Of a DNA stretch of 41,535 bases, positions 14,315 to 24,075 are shown in pieces (position 1 is the stretch's first letter; the number at the start of each line of letters is the position of its first letter). Origin of the DNA: a virus (Duplodnaviria > Caudoviricetes); IMG/VR virus record IMGVR_UViG_3300038675_000183, positions 1 to 41,535 of that record; one strand, given 5' to 3'. Made by a program: the position numbers and the translations under genes. The notes beneath the pieces were generated by a model that saw only the letters and a list, made by a program, of their open reading frames with translations, made no database searches and was not told the DNA's origin.

Positions 14315-15550
14315 ATGGGGATTTTTTCCGGCATCCGTCCCAAAGCCATGACAAGCGACGCATTAGAGCGTCTTATCATTGAAACATTCGGAAGCACTAA
14401 AACCGCCTCCGGCCAGAACATTAATTCAACCACGGCCATGCAAGCGATGGCCGTTCATTCATGTGTGAAGATCAAGGCTGATTCAATCGCGCAGTTACCA
14501 TGCCACTTATACATCGAAAAAGGAAACACAAAAGACAAGGCAAAAGAGTTGAGGCTTTACCGATTACTACACAGGCAACCGAATGAATGGATGACCGCGC
14601 CTGAGTTTTGGGGAATGTGTTCTGCTTGCTTGGATTTGCGGGGAAACTTTTTCGCGTTAAAAACCGGCCTGCCGGGGCGTGAAGTTCAAGAGCTTATTCC
14701 AATACCGATAGGACGGGTTGAGGAAGTTATTCAAGAGGCCAACTACGGCCTTTTCTATAAGATCAGGCGTCCCGACGGATCAGGAACCGATATAGTTCCC
14801 GGCAACCGAATTTTTCACGTTCGCGGCCTTGTTCTTGATGGTTTTACCGGATTGAACCCTATCGAATACGCAAGGGAGAGCATCGGGCTGGATCAGGCTC
14901 TTGCCAAGCATGGGGCCAAGTTATTCAGTCATGGAACCATGATCGGCGGCGTTTTGCAAATGCCAGGATCATTCAAAGACCGGACAATGGCGCAGAAATT
15001 CCTTGATGATTTCAACGACCATTATTCATCTGTGGAGAACGCACACAAGACGGCACTGCTTGAGCAGGGTGTCACTTGGCAGAAAATGGCGATGACATCT
15101 GTTGATTCGCAATTCCTTGAGGCCCGCAACTTCCAGAAAAAAGAAATCGTGGACCTGTTCTTTGGTTTGCCGCTGTCCATGCTCCAATCCGGGGATAAAG
15201 TGGCAACGTATGCCAGTGCGGACGCATTTGACCTTGAATATGTCAAATATGCGCTGACTCCGCGCCTTGTTAATATCGAAATGGCAATTTATCGGGATTT
15301 ACTCACTGAAGAACAAAAACAAAACTATTTTGCGAAATTTTCAACCGGCGGATTGCTGCGCGGCGATACAGCGGCGCGGACCCTTTATTATCAGGGCATG
15401 ATCAACATTGAGGCAATGTCACCGAATGAGGTCCGTGAGCTGGAAGACATGAACCCCTATGAAGGCGGGGATGAATACCGGACCCGGACGTCAACGGTCA
15501 GAGAACGGAAAGGCGGTGATAATCAGGGAGGCGAGGACAATGAATCTTAA
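14315..15550 (+). CDS. Portal protein, HK97 family
   Basis: AV.SCV..A.SIAQLP; LL..QPN.WMT; G.NPIEYARE.IG; SQFLEAR.FQ; NEVRELEDMNP..GGD. Confidence 0.96.
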   Translation: MGIFSGIRPKAMTSDALERLIIETFGSTKTASGQNINSTTAMQAMAVHSCVKIKADSIAQLPCHLYIEKGNTKDKAKELRLYRLLHRQPNEWMTAPEFWGMCSACLDLRGNFFALKTGLPGREVQELIPIPIGRVEEVIQEANYGLFYKIRRPDGSGTDIVPGNRIFHVRGLVLDGFTGLNPIEYARESIGLDQALAKHGAKLFSHGTMIGGVLQMPGSFKDRTMAQKFLDDFNDHYSSVENAHKTALLEQGVTWQKMAMTSVDSQFLEARNFQKKEIVDLFFGLPLSMLQSGDKVATYASADAFDLEYVKYALTPRLVNIEMAIYRDLLTEEQKQNYFAKFSTGGLLRGDTAARTLYYQGMINIEAMSPNEVRELEDMNPYEGGDEYRTRTSTVRERKGGDNQGGEDNES

Positions 15551-16364
15551 ATACCGAAATCCAAGGAACGCCGAAGCGACGGCACGATACTGGAATAAGC
15601 CGATTGACAAAGCCGATTGGTATAAGATCGAGGCGCTTTCCGAAGACAACACCGAATTGATGATCTATGACGTGATCGGCTGGCCCTTTAATGACGCCGG
15701 TGAAATCATCAGGGCGTTGGCTGGAATCGACACAAAGACAGTGACTGTCCGCATCAATTCACCCGGCGGGGATGTTTTTGACGCGATGGCGATCTTCAAC
15801 GCCCTGCAATCGCACAAGTCCAAGGTCATTACGCGGGTTGAATCCCTCGCCGCTTCCGCGGCTTCTTTCCTCGCTTTGGCCGGGAAAGAGGTTCAGGCAT
15901 ATCAAAACGCGATGTTCATGATTCATGAACCGTGGGTGCTGGCCGCCGGAAGCCAGCATGACCTGCGCGAAATCGCGGATATTCTCGAAAAGATCAGCGG
16001 CAACATGGTCGATATTTATTCTCAAAATTCCAGCGTCGGAAAAAAAGAGATCCGCGAAATGCTGAAAGCGGAAACGTGGTTCACCGCAAAAGAGGCAAAG
16101 GAAAAGGGCTTTGTTGACACCATTATCGACGGCAAGGCGGCAAAGGCGCAGTTTGATTTGAGTATGTTCGCCCATGTGCCGGATGGATTTACGGCAGAAG
16201 ACCACGACGAACCAATAGCACGAAAATATGAGAAGGCCCTGCGCGATGTAGGGGCTTCCAAAAGTGAGGCGCGGACTATTCTGGCGCGAGGCTTGAAGTC
16301 TGTCACCTGTGAAGAAGAGGTTTTAGCAGCACAAAAATTATTAAACATATTAGGGGGAAAATAA
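15540..16364 (+). CDS. ClpP-like (S14) prohead maturation protease
   Basis: INSPGGDVFD; LAASAAS; MFMIHEP; ETWFTAKEA...GFVD; likely start ATG 15540. Confidence 0.93.
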   Translation: MNLKYRNPRNAEATARYWNKPIDKADWYKIEALSEDNTELMIYDVIGWPFNDAGEIIRALAGIDTKTVTVRINSPGGDVFDAMAIFNALQSHKSKVITRVESLAASAASFLALAGKEVQAYQNAMFMIHEPWVLAAGSQHDLREIADILEKISGNMVDIYSQNSSVGKKEIREMLKAETWFTAKEAKEKGFVDTIIDGKAAKAQFDLSMFAHVPDGFTAEDHDEPIARKYEKALRDVGASKSEARTILARGLKSVTCEEEVLAAQKLLNILGGK

Positions 16365-16366
16365 AC

Positions 16367-17575
16367 ATGGAACTCAAAGAAACCATTGAGAGCATCGGCA
16401 GGGCGTTTGAGCAGTTCAAGGCTGAAAACGATGCACGGCTGAAAGAAATTGAGAAGAAGGGCCACGTTGATCCGCTGCTTGCGGAGAAAGTTGAAAAGAT
16501 CAACGCTGATATTTCCGCACTTGGCGAAATGAAGAAACAGTTGGAAGCCATTGAAACCGCAGTAGCTCGCGGCCAGTTCGCAGGTGGTGGAAGTGCAAAG
16601 GACCAGGAAGTCATTTCGCGGGCAAAGGCGTTTATTCACCTTATGCGCGGTAACATCGAATCCGTGAAGGACATTAACATTCAGGCTTCCGCGTCAACCC
16701 TGTCTGATCCCGACGGCGGCTTTACGGTCCCCGAAGAAGTGGATACGGCCATTGACCGCGTTCAGGGTACGCTTTCATCCATGCGTCGGCTGGCAACTGT
16801 CCGTGGTATTTCCACTGACACCTATAAGAAGCTGGTTAATCAGGGCGGGGCCACTTCCGGATGGGTTGCTGAAAAAGGTTCTCGCGCAGAGACAAGCACC
16901 CCGACGCTGGCGGAAATCGCAATCAACACCAAAGAGCTTTATGCGATGCCTTATGCCACACAGACCCTTCTGGATGACAGCCGAATTGATATTGGCGCAT
17001 GGCTGGCTGAGGAAGTCGGTGTCGAGTTTAACGACGAAGAAGGCGACGCTTTCATCAGAGGCGACGGCGTATCAAAACCGAAGGGCATTGCGGCTTATAC
17101 GATGATCGCAAACGCTTCTTACGCTTGGGGAAAGGTCGGTTATATCGCGAGTGGTCACGCTTCTTTGTTAAATAACTGCGACAAGTTGATTGACCTTCAG
17201 CATGCACTGAAAACCTCTTATCGCAACGGGGCCGCGTTCCTGATGAATGATTCCACTTGTCAGACCATCCGTAAACTCAAAGACGGTGACGGCAATTACA
17301 TTTGGCGTCCGGGCCTTATCGAAGGTGCGCCTGATGTTCTTTTGGGAAAACCGGTTGAGTACGATGACAATGTTGATGACATCGGCGCCGGGAAATACCC
17401 GATCTTTTACGCCAATTTCAAAAGGGCATATTTGATCATTGACCGTTTCGGAACCCGCGTCCTGCGCGATCCCTATACCGCAAAGCCTTATGTGGCGTTT
17501 TACACGACCAAAAGAGTGGGCGGCGGAATCGTGATGTACGAAGCAATCAAGGCGTTCAAGATTGCGGCCAGCTAA
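16367..17575 (+). CDS. Major capsid protein, HK97 fold
   Basis: N-terminal coiled delta domain; DGGFTVPEE; WVAE; F..G.G..KPKG; LKD.DGNYIW; LLGKPV; RDPYT.K..V.FYTTKRVGG. Confidence 0.96.
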   Translation: MELKETIESIGRAFEQFKAENDARLKEIEKKGHVDPLLAEKVEKINADISALGEMKKQLEAIETAVARGQFAGGGSAKDQEVISRAKAFIHLMRGNIESVKDINIQASASTLSDPDGGFTVPEEVDTAIDRVQGTLSSMRRLATVRGISTDTYKKLVNQGGATSGWVAEKGSRAETSTPTLAEIAINTKELYAMPYATQTLLDDSRIDIGAWLAEEVGVEFNDEEGDAFIRGDGVSKPKGIAAYTMIANASYAWGKVGYIASGHASLLNNCDKLIDLQHALKTSYRNGAAFLMNDSTCQTIRKLKDGDGNYIWRPGLIEGAPDVLLGKPVEYDDNVDDIGAGKYPIFYANFKRAYLIIDRFGTRVLRDPYTAKPYVAFYTTKRVGGGIVMYEAIKAFKIAAS

Positions 17576-17583
17576 CATTAACA

Positions 17584-17603
17584 GGGGCTTGAAACACAGC
17601 CCC
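17584..17603 (+). terminator. Hairpin after the capsid gene
   Basis: GGGGCT-N8-AGCCCC followed by ATTT. Confidence 0.45.
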
Positions 17604-17633
17604 ATTTAAAAAATGCCATAAGGAGGCAATGAT

Positions 17634-18056
17634 ATGAAAGACCTTTACAATAACATCGAAGCGGTTTCGGTGCTCCATCCGATAGCGATTTCCGAGACGG
17701 CCGTTCATACCGACATCGACCTTGCAGGGTTTAATTCCTGCGTAATCCTGATTGATACAGGGGCCGATGCAGGAACCGGCCTTAGTGCGTCCCACAAACT
17801 CGTTTTCACGATGGACCACTCCGATGATGGAACGACCTACACGGCAGTCACCACGGCTGACATGCTGGATCTGACCGTTTCCAGCGGCGTCGTCCTCACC
17901 ATCGACAGTACCGACGAAGACAACACGCTTTACAAGCTCGGCTATATCGGCGGCAAGCGGTATCTGCAGCTTACCTACACGGAAACGGGGGCCGTCTCCA
18001 TGCCGATGTCGATCATCGTCGTCAAGGGCCATCCTCTGGATGCTCCCGTAGCTTAA
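17634..18056 (+). CDS. Head-associated (decoration-like) protein
   Basis: Position after MCP; IDL.GF...HSDDG.TYT.V...LGYIGGKRYL pattern seen in post-capsid genes. Confidence 0.65.
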   Translation: MKDLYNNIEAVSVLHPIAISETAVHTDIDLAGFNSCVILIDTGADAGTGLSASHKLVFTMDHSDDGTTYTAVTTADMLDLTVSSGVVLTIDSTDEDNTLYKLGYIGGKRYLQLTYTETGAVSMPMSIIVVKGHPLDAPVA

Positions 18057-18078
18057 CACCTGGCTTTTAATAGCTACT

Positions 18079-18105
18079 CGGTAGGGGTCGCTCCGGCCCC
18101 TACCG
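18079..18105 (+). other. Strong intergenic hairpin (mRNA stabiliser or terminator)
   Basis: CGGTAGGGGTCG-CTC-CGGCCCCTACCG. Confidence 0.5.
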
Positions 18106-18135
18106 GGGAAACCACAGGAGAATGGAGGCTTTAAA

Positions 18136-18651
18136 ATGGCAGATGCAACATATCAAAGTAAAGTATATCGGAAACGTGGCGGCGAAAGTTTTGTCGTCGC
18201 TGATGGTGGTGATATTGACATTGAAGCGGGTGGTTCTCTGAAATTTGCGGGTGTTGCAATCTCCCCGGCAATCGAAGTCGTGGAAGCGACGAATGTTATT
18301 ACTGCGGACGAAAACGGAAAGACTTTTTTCCTTAAAGCGGCTGCTGGTTTTCAGTCAACACTTCCCGCTCCGGCTGCTGGATTGAGGTTCACCTTTATTG
18401 TCCACACGGCTCCTACTTCAAACGGTTATACTATCGTCACTAATGGGACCACACAGAAAGTTTTAAAAGGTTTGGTTGTCGTCGCGGGCGATGGATCGGG
18501 AGCAGATGTTTCTGCTGGTGGAACAACGGCGACATTCGTTCACAATAAGGCACTTCCGGGGGATCGTATCGACATGATTTGTGACGGTACTATTTGGTAC
18601 ATGATCGGTTATGCACAAGTGGCAGCGGCCTTGACGATTACCGGCGAATAA
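18136..18651 (+). CDS. Putative virion (head fibre/decoration) protein
   Basis: beta-rich; TLPAPAAGL.FTF...GDRIDMICDGT.WY motif; head module position. Confidence 0.6.
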   Translation: MADATYQSKVYRKRGGESFVVADGGDIDIEAGGSLKFAGVAISPAIEVVEATNVITADENGKTFFLKAAAGFQSTLPAPAAGLRFTFIVHTAPTSNGYTIVTNGTTQKVLKGLVVVAGDGSGADVSAGGTTATFVHNKALPGDRIDMICDGTIWYMIGYAQVAAALTITGE

Positions 18652-18694
18652 AATTAATTTGGCGGGGTGAAAGCCCCGTCCTGATAGGTTTTTA

Positions 18695-19036
18695 ATGATC
18701 ACCAAAGACAGTAAATTAAAAGACCTCTTGAAGATATTAGTCAAGAGGAACGCGTGTGAACCGGGGATTACTTTATTTAACAGGATGATAAACCGGAGTG
18801 CCGCGACGACTGTTGATGAGGCGTTGAAGAAGTTTGGCAGTGGCGAGGTCTGGTTTGAAGAGCGATGGGCAAAGGTATTACTCAAGACAGCGGGCAAAGA
18901 ACTTGACCCGTCTATTCGTAAAAGAATCATGACAAGGGTTAAGCCGGAACACGCTTTATCGCTATTGGAAGATGAAAAGATTGATTTTCTAACGGACGAA
19001 GAACGAGAGATATTGAAGAAAAATGCTAACCCTTGA
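18695..19036 (+). CDS. Hypothetical protein (ACE-motif paralogue 1)
   Basis: ORF track; aligns by eye with the N-half of the next ORF. Confidence 0.65.
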   Translation: MITKDSKLKDLLKILVKRNACEPGITLFNRMINRSAATTVDEALKKFGSGEVWFEERWAKVLLKTAGKELDPSIRKRIMTRVKPEHALSLLEDEKIDFLTDEEREILKKNANP

Positions 19037-19643
19037 TTCCAAGTTTTCTGATTATTTTGCGCTAATAAAGGGCATTGCCTGTGAGGACGCTGTTGCTCCG
19101 CAGAGCAAGATCAAGGAAGGTCTGACCATCGGGGAGGTATTTGCCGGGTATAGGGATGATCCTAATTTTGAGGAAGGCTGGGGCGTGTGGTGTCTGGAAA
19201 CCGTGGGTATGGAGCTGGGCGAAGATATCCGGTTGATGATTATCAACAAGATTAAATCTCCCATGAAGTGTTTTAAGCTGTCTTTGAAGTGCCCCTTTTT
19301 AAGCGAGAAGGAGAGTACGCTTTTAAAAGGGAAATACGAGGGGGATAAAGACGTTGCGAGGGCTTTGGTTTGTCTGGAAGCTATACAGAAAAATCGTGAG
19401 TTTAACGTCGTGAGGGCTGATGCGGTTACGAGTTGCAAGACGGTTTCAGAAGTCAAGACGCTTATTGAGGCGACAGGAGTCACAACCTCTTTATCTGCTG
19501 ATACTGCTGAAAAGTCTAGCGGCGACTTGAAGAACATCCTTGAACCGGAAAGAGCAAAGATGACCGAGGCCACGAAAAAGGTCATAGTGGAGCAGGGGTT
19601 TGGTGGTGTTGCTGTTTTTGAGTCTTGGTTTGAGGTGGCCTGA
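19023..19643 (+). CDS. Hypothetical protein (ACE-motif paralogue 2)
   Basis: ORF track; overlaps neighbours. Confidence 0.7.
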   Translation: MLTLDSKFSDYFALIKGIACEDAVAPQSKIKEGLTIGEVFAGYRDDPNFEEGWGVWCLETVGMELGEDIRLMIINKIKSPMKCFKLSLKCPFLSEKESTLLKGKYEGDKDVARALVCLEAIQKNREFNVVRADAVTSCKTVSEVKTLIEATGVTTSLSADTAEKSSGDLKNILEPERAKMTEATKKVIVEQGFGGVAVFESWFEVA

Positions 19644-20713
19644 TGTCAACTTTAATCCTTCGTCCTAATTCAGATACCGCTACCGCACAACAGAAATGTT
19701 CCAGCGGGGTAACTCACTATATTCTGATTGACGAGGCGACGAAGGACGAAGCTGATTATTGTTTTAACCCCGACACATTAACATCAACCAAGACTGACCT
19801 TTACGATTTCCCGAACCAATACGCAGAGTTAGGGACGATAAACTCCGTAACGGTAAAACTTTATGCGAAGTATATTTTATACGGAACCTCCGACGGGACT
19901 GCCTATGTAAAACCGATGATTAGGGTAAGTGACACCGAATACGGGGATAATCAGGCATTAACTGACACAGTTGCTTTATATTCCCAAACGTGGACGACAA
20001 ACCCATATACTTCAGAGGCGTGGACATGGAAGCAGATTGACGCACTGATAGCGGGTGATTCACTCACCAACTATGCCACTGATAAAAAAAACTACAAAGC
20101 TGCTTGTTGCTATCAGTTATGGGTTGAAGTGGATTACAGGGCAAGTTACAATAAAGCCTGTACCGTCGGCATGAGTTTGACTCCATCTGACAGTGAACTT
20201 GCCGACTTTGTGAAAGCCGCGAGTGCGGGATTGTCACTTGCCTCAAATCCGTCAGAAGTTGCCGATTTCCCGGCTTCCGCATCAGTTGGTTTATCTCTTG
20301 GGGTTACTCCGGCAGAGGTAGCGGATTTTATAGTGGCCGTGGCAGTAGCCTTGAACATGACAACGGCATCCAGTGAAGTAGCGGACTTCCCGGTATCGGC
20401 TTCTGCTGGTTTAGGTCTGTCTGTTTCCAATTCCGAGCTGGCTGATTTTGTGCGGGCGGCCACAGTGGGGATTAATTTGGCGGCCAGCGATTCAGAGGTT
20501 GGGGATTTTATCCGCAGTGCATTGGTAAACATGAGCCTTTCCGCCTCTAATGGTGAAGTGGCTGATTTTGTAAAGACGTTGACCGCTGCCATTGCCATTG
20601 CGGGTGCCGTTGGTGCAACCACTCTTTACTCCGTCAGCGCGGTCACATACTCGGCGGGGGATTTAAAAGTTTCACTGGTATTCAATAATAACAGCATCAA
20701 ATATGTACATTAA
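19643..20713 (+). CDS. Putative virion fibre protein with seven 20-aa repeats
   Basis: Repeats of SE[LV]ADF...A..G[LM]SL; Ala/Ser/Val-rich. Confidence 0.7.
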   Translation: MSTLILRPNSDTATAQQKCSSGVTHYILIDEATKDEADYCFNPDTLTSTKTDLYDFPNQYAELGTINSVTVKLYAKYILYGTSDGTAYVKPMIRVSDTEYGDNQALTDTVALYSQTWTTNPYTSEAWTWKQIDALIAGDSLTNYATDKKNYKAACCYQLWVEVDYRASYNKACTVGMSLTPSDSELADFVKAASAGLSLASNPSEVADFPASASVGLSLGVTPAEVADFIVAVAVALNMTTASSEVADFPVSASAGLGLSVSNSELADFVRAATVGINLAASDSEVGDFIRSALVNMSLSASNGEVADFVKTLTAAIAIAGAVGATTLYSVSAVTYSAGDLKVSLVFNNNSIKYVH

Positions 20714-20723
20714 GGGGTGAATT

Positions 20724-21212
20724 ATGGAAGCAACTTTAAATTTAAAAGGCAAATTCAAGTTTGAGTGTTACGACAAAGACGGAAAGCTCAAATGGGAAAA
20801 AGAGGCCGACAACGCGGCAACGGATGAAGGGTTAAACAGTGTCCTTAACGTCTATTTTCACGCCGCCACGCAGATTTCAACCTGGTACATCGGCCTGATT
20901 ACAGGAACGGGAACATTGGCAGCAGCAGACACCCTCGCCTCTCACGCCGGATGGACGGAAGGAACGGACTACACCGGAGATCGGCTTGAGTGGACGGAAG
21001 GGGCCGCATCGAGCAAGAGCATCACCAATGCGGAAACGGTTGATTTCCCTTGCACCGGTTCAATGACCGTAAAGGGTGCTTTCCTCTCCTCTGCGGCAAC
21101 CGGAACATCCGGCGTTCTGTTCTGCACGGCGGCATTTACCGACGGCGATCAAGCAGTGGGTAACGGCGACACCTTGAAAGTAACTTATACGGTAACGGCA
21201 GCAGCAGCATAA
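20724..21212 (+). CDS. Conserved phage structural protein
   Basis: G.FKFEC.DKDG.LKWE...N..TDEG; WYIGLI; AADTLASHAGWTE; GDTLKVTYT. Confidence 0.7.
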   Translation: MEATLNLKGKFKFECYDKDGKLKWEKEADNAATDEGLNSVLNVYFHAATQISTWYIGLITGTGTLAAADTLASHAGWTEGTDYTGDRLEWTEGAASSKSITNAETVDFPCTGSMTVKGAFLSSAATGTSGVLFCTAAFTDGDQAVGNGDTLKVTYTVTAAAA

Positions 21213-21222
21213 GGAATTAAAT

Positions 21223-22122
21223 ATGGACCGATTCAGGACAAAGCAGACAGGTGAATCGTATTATATCGAGTTTGATTTCTCGACCATAGCCAGCACGTTG
21301 ACTATTTCATCGGCTGTTGTATCAGCAAAGGTCGTGTCAACCGGCGTGGATGCCACGGCCACGATCACCACAGTTGCAAGCCAGTCAATCAGCGGCCAGT
21401 CTGTTTTTGTTTGGGTCAAGGCGGGGACGGACGGGACGGACTATTTAATCACCTGTAAGGCAACGGCCTCTGACGGATCGGTTTATGAACTTGAAGGCTT
21501 GATGCTGGTCGCTGATGTTCCTTTGACCGCTGAAACGGCAACCACAGGCCCAGGGTGCGTTGTTCGTCCGATTCTTGAACCTGTATCGCTGGCGGAGTTA
21601 AAACTTCACCTGAGAATAGACCACAGCGACGAGGATGAACTTCTAAATGCCGTCCTTTTGACCGCCCGGGAACGGGTCGAGGATTTCACGGCAAGGGCTT
21701 TATTGACTCAGACACATGATATTTGTCTCAACGAATGGCCTGACGGTGATTACATTGAACTGCCCTATGGGAACCTTCAGAGCGTTTCATCGGTCAAATA
21801 TAAAGACTGTGACGGGACGGAAACCACGCTTGTTGTGACGACTGATTACCTTGTGGAAACCAACAAAGAGAACCGCGGCAGAATCGTATTACCTTACGGT
21901 GAATCATGGCCGGCAGATACTCTTTATCCCTCCAATCCCATCACGATCAGATTTGTTTGCGGCTGGACCAAGGCCGCTGACGTTCCCTATTCCATCAAGG
22001 CGGCAATCAAATTGCTGGCCGCTGACTACTACAACATGAGGGAGATCCACACCGACAGGCAGATATTTGAGAACAAGGCGGTTTACAATTTACTGTATTC
22101 TTACAAGTTGTGGAGTTTTTGA
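21223..22122 (+). CDS. Head-tail connector (gp6/phiE125 gp8-like) with an extra N-terminal beta domain
   Basis: EPVSLAELKLHLRID..DED.LL...AR..VE.FT.RALLTQT...VP.SIK.AI.LL.A..Y..RE; first ~110 aa form a separate Y.IEFDF...GTDG..Y.IT domain. Confidence 0.88.
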   Translation: MDRFRTKQTGESYYIEFDFSTIASTLTISSAVVSAKVVSTGVDATATITTVASQSISGQSVFVWVKAGTDGTDYLITCKATASDGSVYELEGLMLVADVPLTAETATTGPGCVVRPILEPVSLAELKLHLRIDHSDEDELLNAVLLTARERVEDFTARALLTQTHDICLNEWPDGDYIELPYGNLQSVSSVKYKDCDGTETTLVVTTDYLVETNKENRGRIVLPYGESWPADTLYPSNPITIRFVCGWTKAADVPYSIKAAIKLLAADYYNMREIHTDRQIFENKAVYNLLYSYKLWSF

Positions 22123-22454
22123 TGTTAAACGCTGGAAGCCTAAATAAAAGAATCGAGATCCAAAGCAAGACCTCTACTGCTGACGGTTTGGGCGGTTACT
22201 CTGATGTTTGGGCAACGGCGAAAGATGAGCATAAAGTTTGGGCCGCTATTTGGCCCCTGAGTGCGGCAGATGTCATCGAGGGCATGAAGACCAGCGCGCA
22301 GGTAACGCACAGGGTCAGGATCAGGTATCAGCCAGGGATAACGTCGGCAATGCGGATTAAGTTCGGGACATTGTATTTTAGCATCATTGCACCGCCGATT
22401 AACCCGAACATGGCAAATGAGTATCTTGATTTACTTTGTAAGGAAACGTCGTGA
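22122..22454 (+). CDS. Head-closure/head-tail adaptor (SPP1 gp16-like)
   Basis: AG.LNKRI.IQ....DG.GG...W; WAAI.PLS; THR.RIRY..GIT..MRI. Confidence 0.9.
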   Translation: MLNAGSLNKRIEIQSKTSTADGLGGYSDVWATAKDEHKVWAAIWPLSAADVIEGMKTSAQVTHRVRIRYQPGITSAMRIKFGTLYFSIIAPPINPNMANEYLDLLCKETS

Positions 22455-22870
22455 AGAATTTCTACACAGGATTAATGACATACTTCAACGCGGCTCCGCA
22501 CAATTCGTTCTATACGGACATCGGAGGGCGGCTGTATAACACCTATGCACCGGAAGGAACGACACTGCCTTATGCCGTGTTTCAGCATATATCAAGCCGC
22601 CCTGATGATACATTTACGGAAAAGCTGGATGACATTCTCATTCAGTTCACCATTTTTTCCACAAGCGCATCATCGAGTGAAATTCATACTGCGATGGTTG
22701 ATTTAAAATCATTGTTTGATAATTGCACATTCACCGTGACCGGCTCAAGCATCGTGGAGTTCGTGCGCGGGGGCGAGGGGCTGACATCGGAAGAGTTTGA
22801 AACAGTGGACGGGCTTCAAAGAGGATGGAGTTATTACGTCGAATACAATGTGCTGGTGAGGAAGACATGA
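22451..22870 (+). CDS. Tail terminator/completion protein (DUF3168-like)
   Basis: GRLY...AP....LPYAV; IQF.IFS; position. Confidence 0.8.
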   Translation: MKNFYTGLMTYFNAAPHNSFYTDIGGRLYNTYAPEGTTLPYAVFQHISSRPDDTFTEKLDDILIQFTIFSTSASSSEIHTAMVDLKSLFDNCTFTVTGSSIVEFVRGGEGLTSEEFETVDGLQRGWSYYVEYNVLVRKT

Positions 22871-24075
22871 TCTCTGTAATCATCCCTATTTATAACCAAC
22901 ACGAACTCACCAAAGAGTGCATTGAGGCCGTCAGGTTATGCACACAGGATTATGAACTGATCCTTGTTGACAACGGTTCTATTCCGCCGATTGAAAAGCC
23001 TTACGCTGGATTTGTGGATGTGACTTTAATCCGCAACGAACTCAACCTCGGCTTTCCAGCGGCAGTTAATCAGGGGATTCGTGAAGCGAAAGGTGACGTT
23101 ATTTGCCTCTTGAATAATGACGTTATCGTGACACCAGGGGCAATTAACAGGCTGGCAGAATTTTTAGACGAATACTCTATCGTCGGCCCGACTACCGGAT
23201 ATTGCGCAGGTGTCCAGAAGGTAGCAGCTCCGATTTATGAAAACATTAACGAACTGAACGAGGTTGCGAAACAGGCTGCGGACACATTCGCCGGGATCAT
23301 AGACGACGTTTCATTTGTCATCGGTTTCCTGATGGTGTTCAAGAAATCCCTTTTTGAAGAGATAGGGGAGTTTGACGAATCAATGTGGCCGTGTTCAGGG
23401 GAAGAAATAGATTTCTGCTTCAGGGCGAAAAAGGCTGGTTATAAGATTGGTATTGCAAGGGATGTTTACGTCCACCACGAAGGGAGCCAGACCTTCCGGC
23501 AAATGCAAGATGATAAGCAAATTGATTACGGTAAGATACTCAAAGACTGTGACAGGAACATTGCGGATAAATGGGGAAAGGACTTTTGGAATAAACAGAC
23601 AAGTGCTTTTTACGTTGGAGATTTCACAAAGCTAAACCTCGGATGTGGTTATCACCACAAAGAGGGGTACGTCAATATTGACATGAGGCCGGAAGTAAAG
23701 CCGGATTTAGTCGCTGACGTAAGACAGGGACTCCCTTTTGCGGATAGTTCAGTTGATGAAGTCAGGGCTTATGATTTCCTTGAGCATATCCCTTTAGGGG
23801 AAACCATCGGCGTTATTACAGAGATATGGAGGGTGTTAAAACCTGGGGGGGTGTTTGAATCGTCAACTCCTTCAACGGATGGACGAGGGGCATTTCAAGA
23901 CCCGAATCATGTTTCGTTTTGGAATCGTAATTCATGGCTTTATTACTCAAACAAAGAACATCGTGACCTGTATGGAATTAAGGCGAATTTCACCATTACG
24001 GAAATTGAAGATGTTGTCACAAATAAGACTTTGAATATTATACACACGCGCGTTGTAGGAAAGGCGGTCAAGTGA
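22867..24075 (+). CDS. Family 2 glycosyltransferase fused to a SAM-dependent methyltransferase
   Basis: ISVIIPIYN; ILVDNGS; N.GF..AVNQG; LLNND; E.DFC.RA...G; C-terminal KLNLGCG...G.VNID...LPF.D.SVD...FLEH...RVLKPGG. Confidence 0.92.
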   Translation: MISVIIPIYNQHELTKECIEAVRLCTQDYELILVDNGSIPPIEKPYAGFVDVTLIRNELNLGFPAAVNQGIREAKGDVICLLNNDVIVTPGAINRLAEFLDEYSIVGPTTGYCAGVQKVAAPIYENINELNEVAKQAADTFAGIIDDVSFVIGFLMVFKKSLFEEIGEFDESMWPCSGEEIDFCFRAKKAGYKIGIARDVYVHHEGSQTFRQMQDDKQIDYGKILKDCDRNIADKWGKDFWNKQTSAFYVGDFTKLNLGCGYHHKEGYVNIDMRPEVKPDLVADVRQGLPFADSSVDEVRAYDFLEHIPLGETIGVITEIWRVLKPGGVFESSTPSTDGRGAFQDPNHVSFWNRNSWLYYSNKEHRDLYGIKANFTITEIEDVVTNKTLNIIHTRVVGKAVK

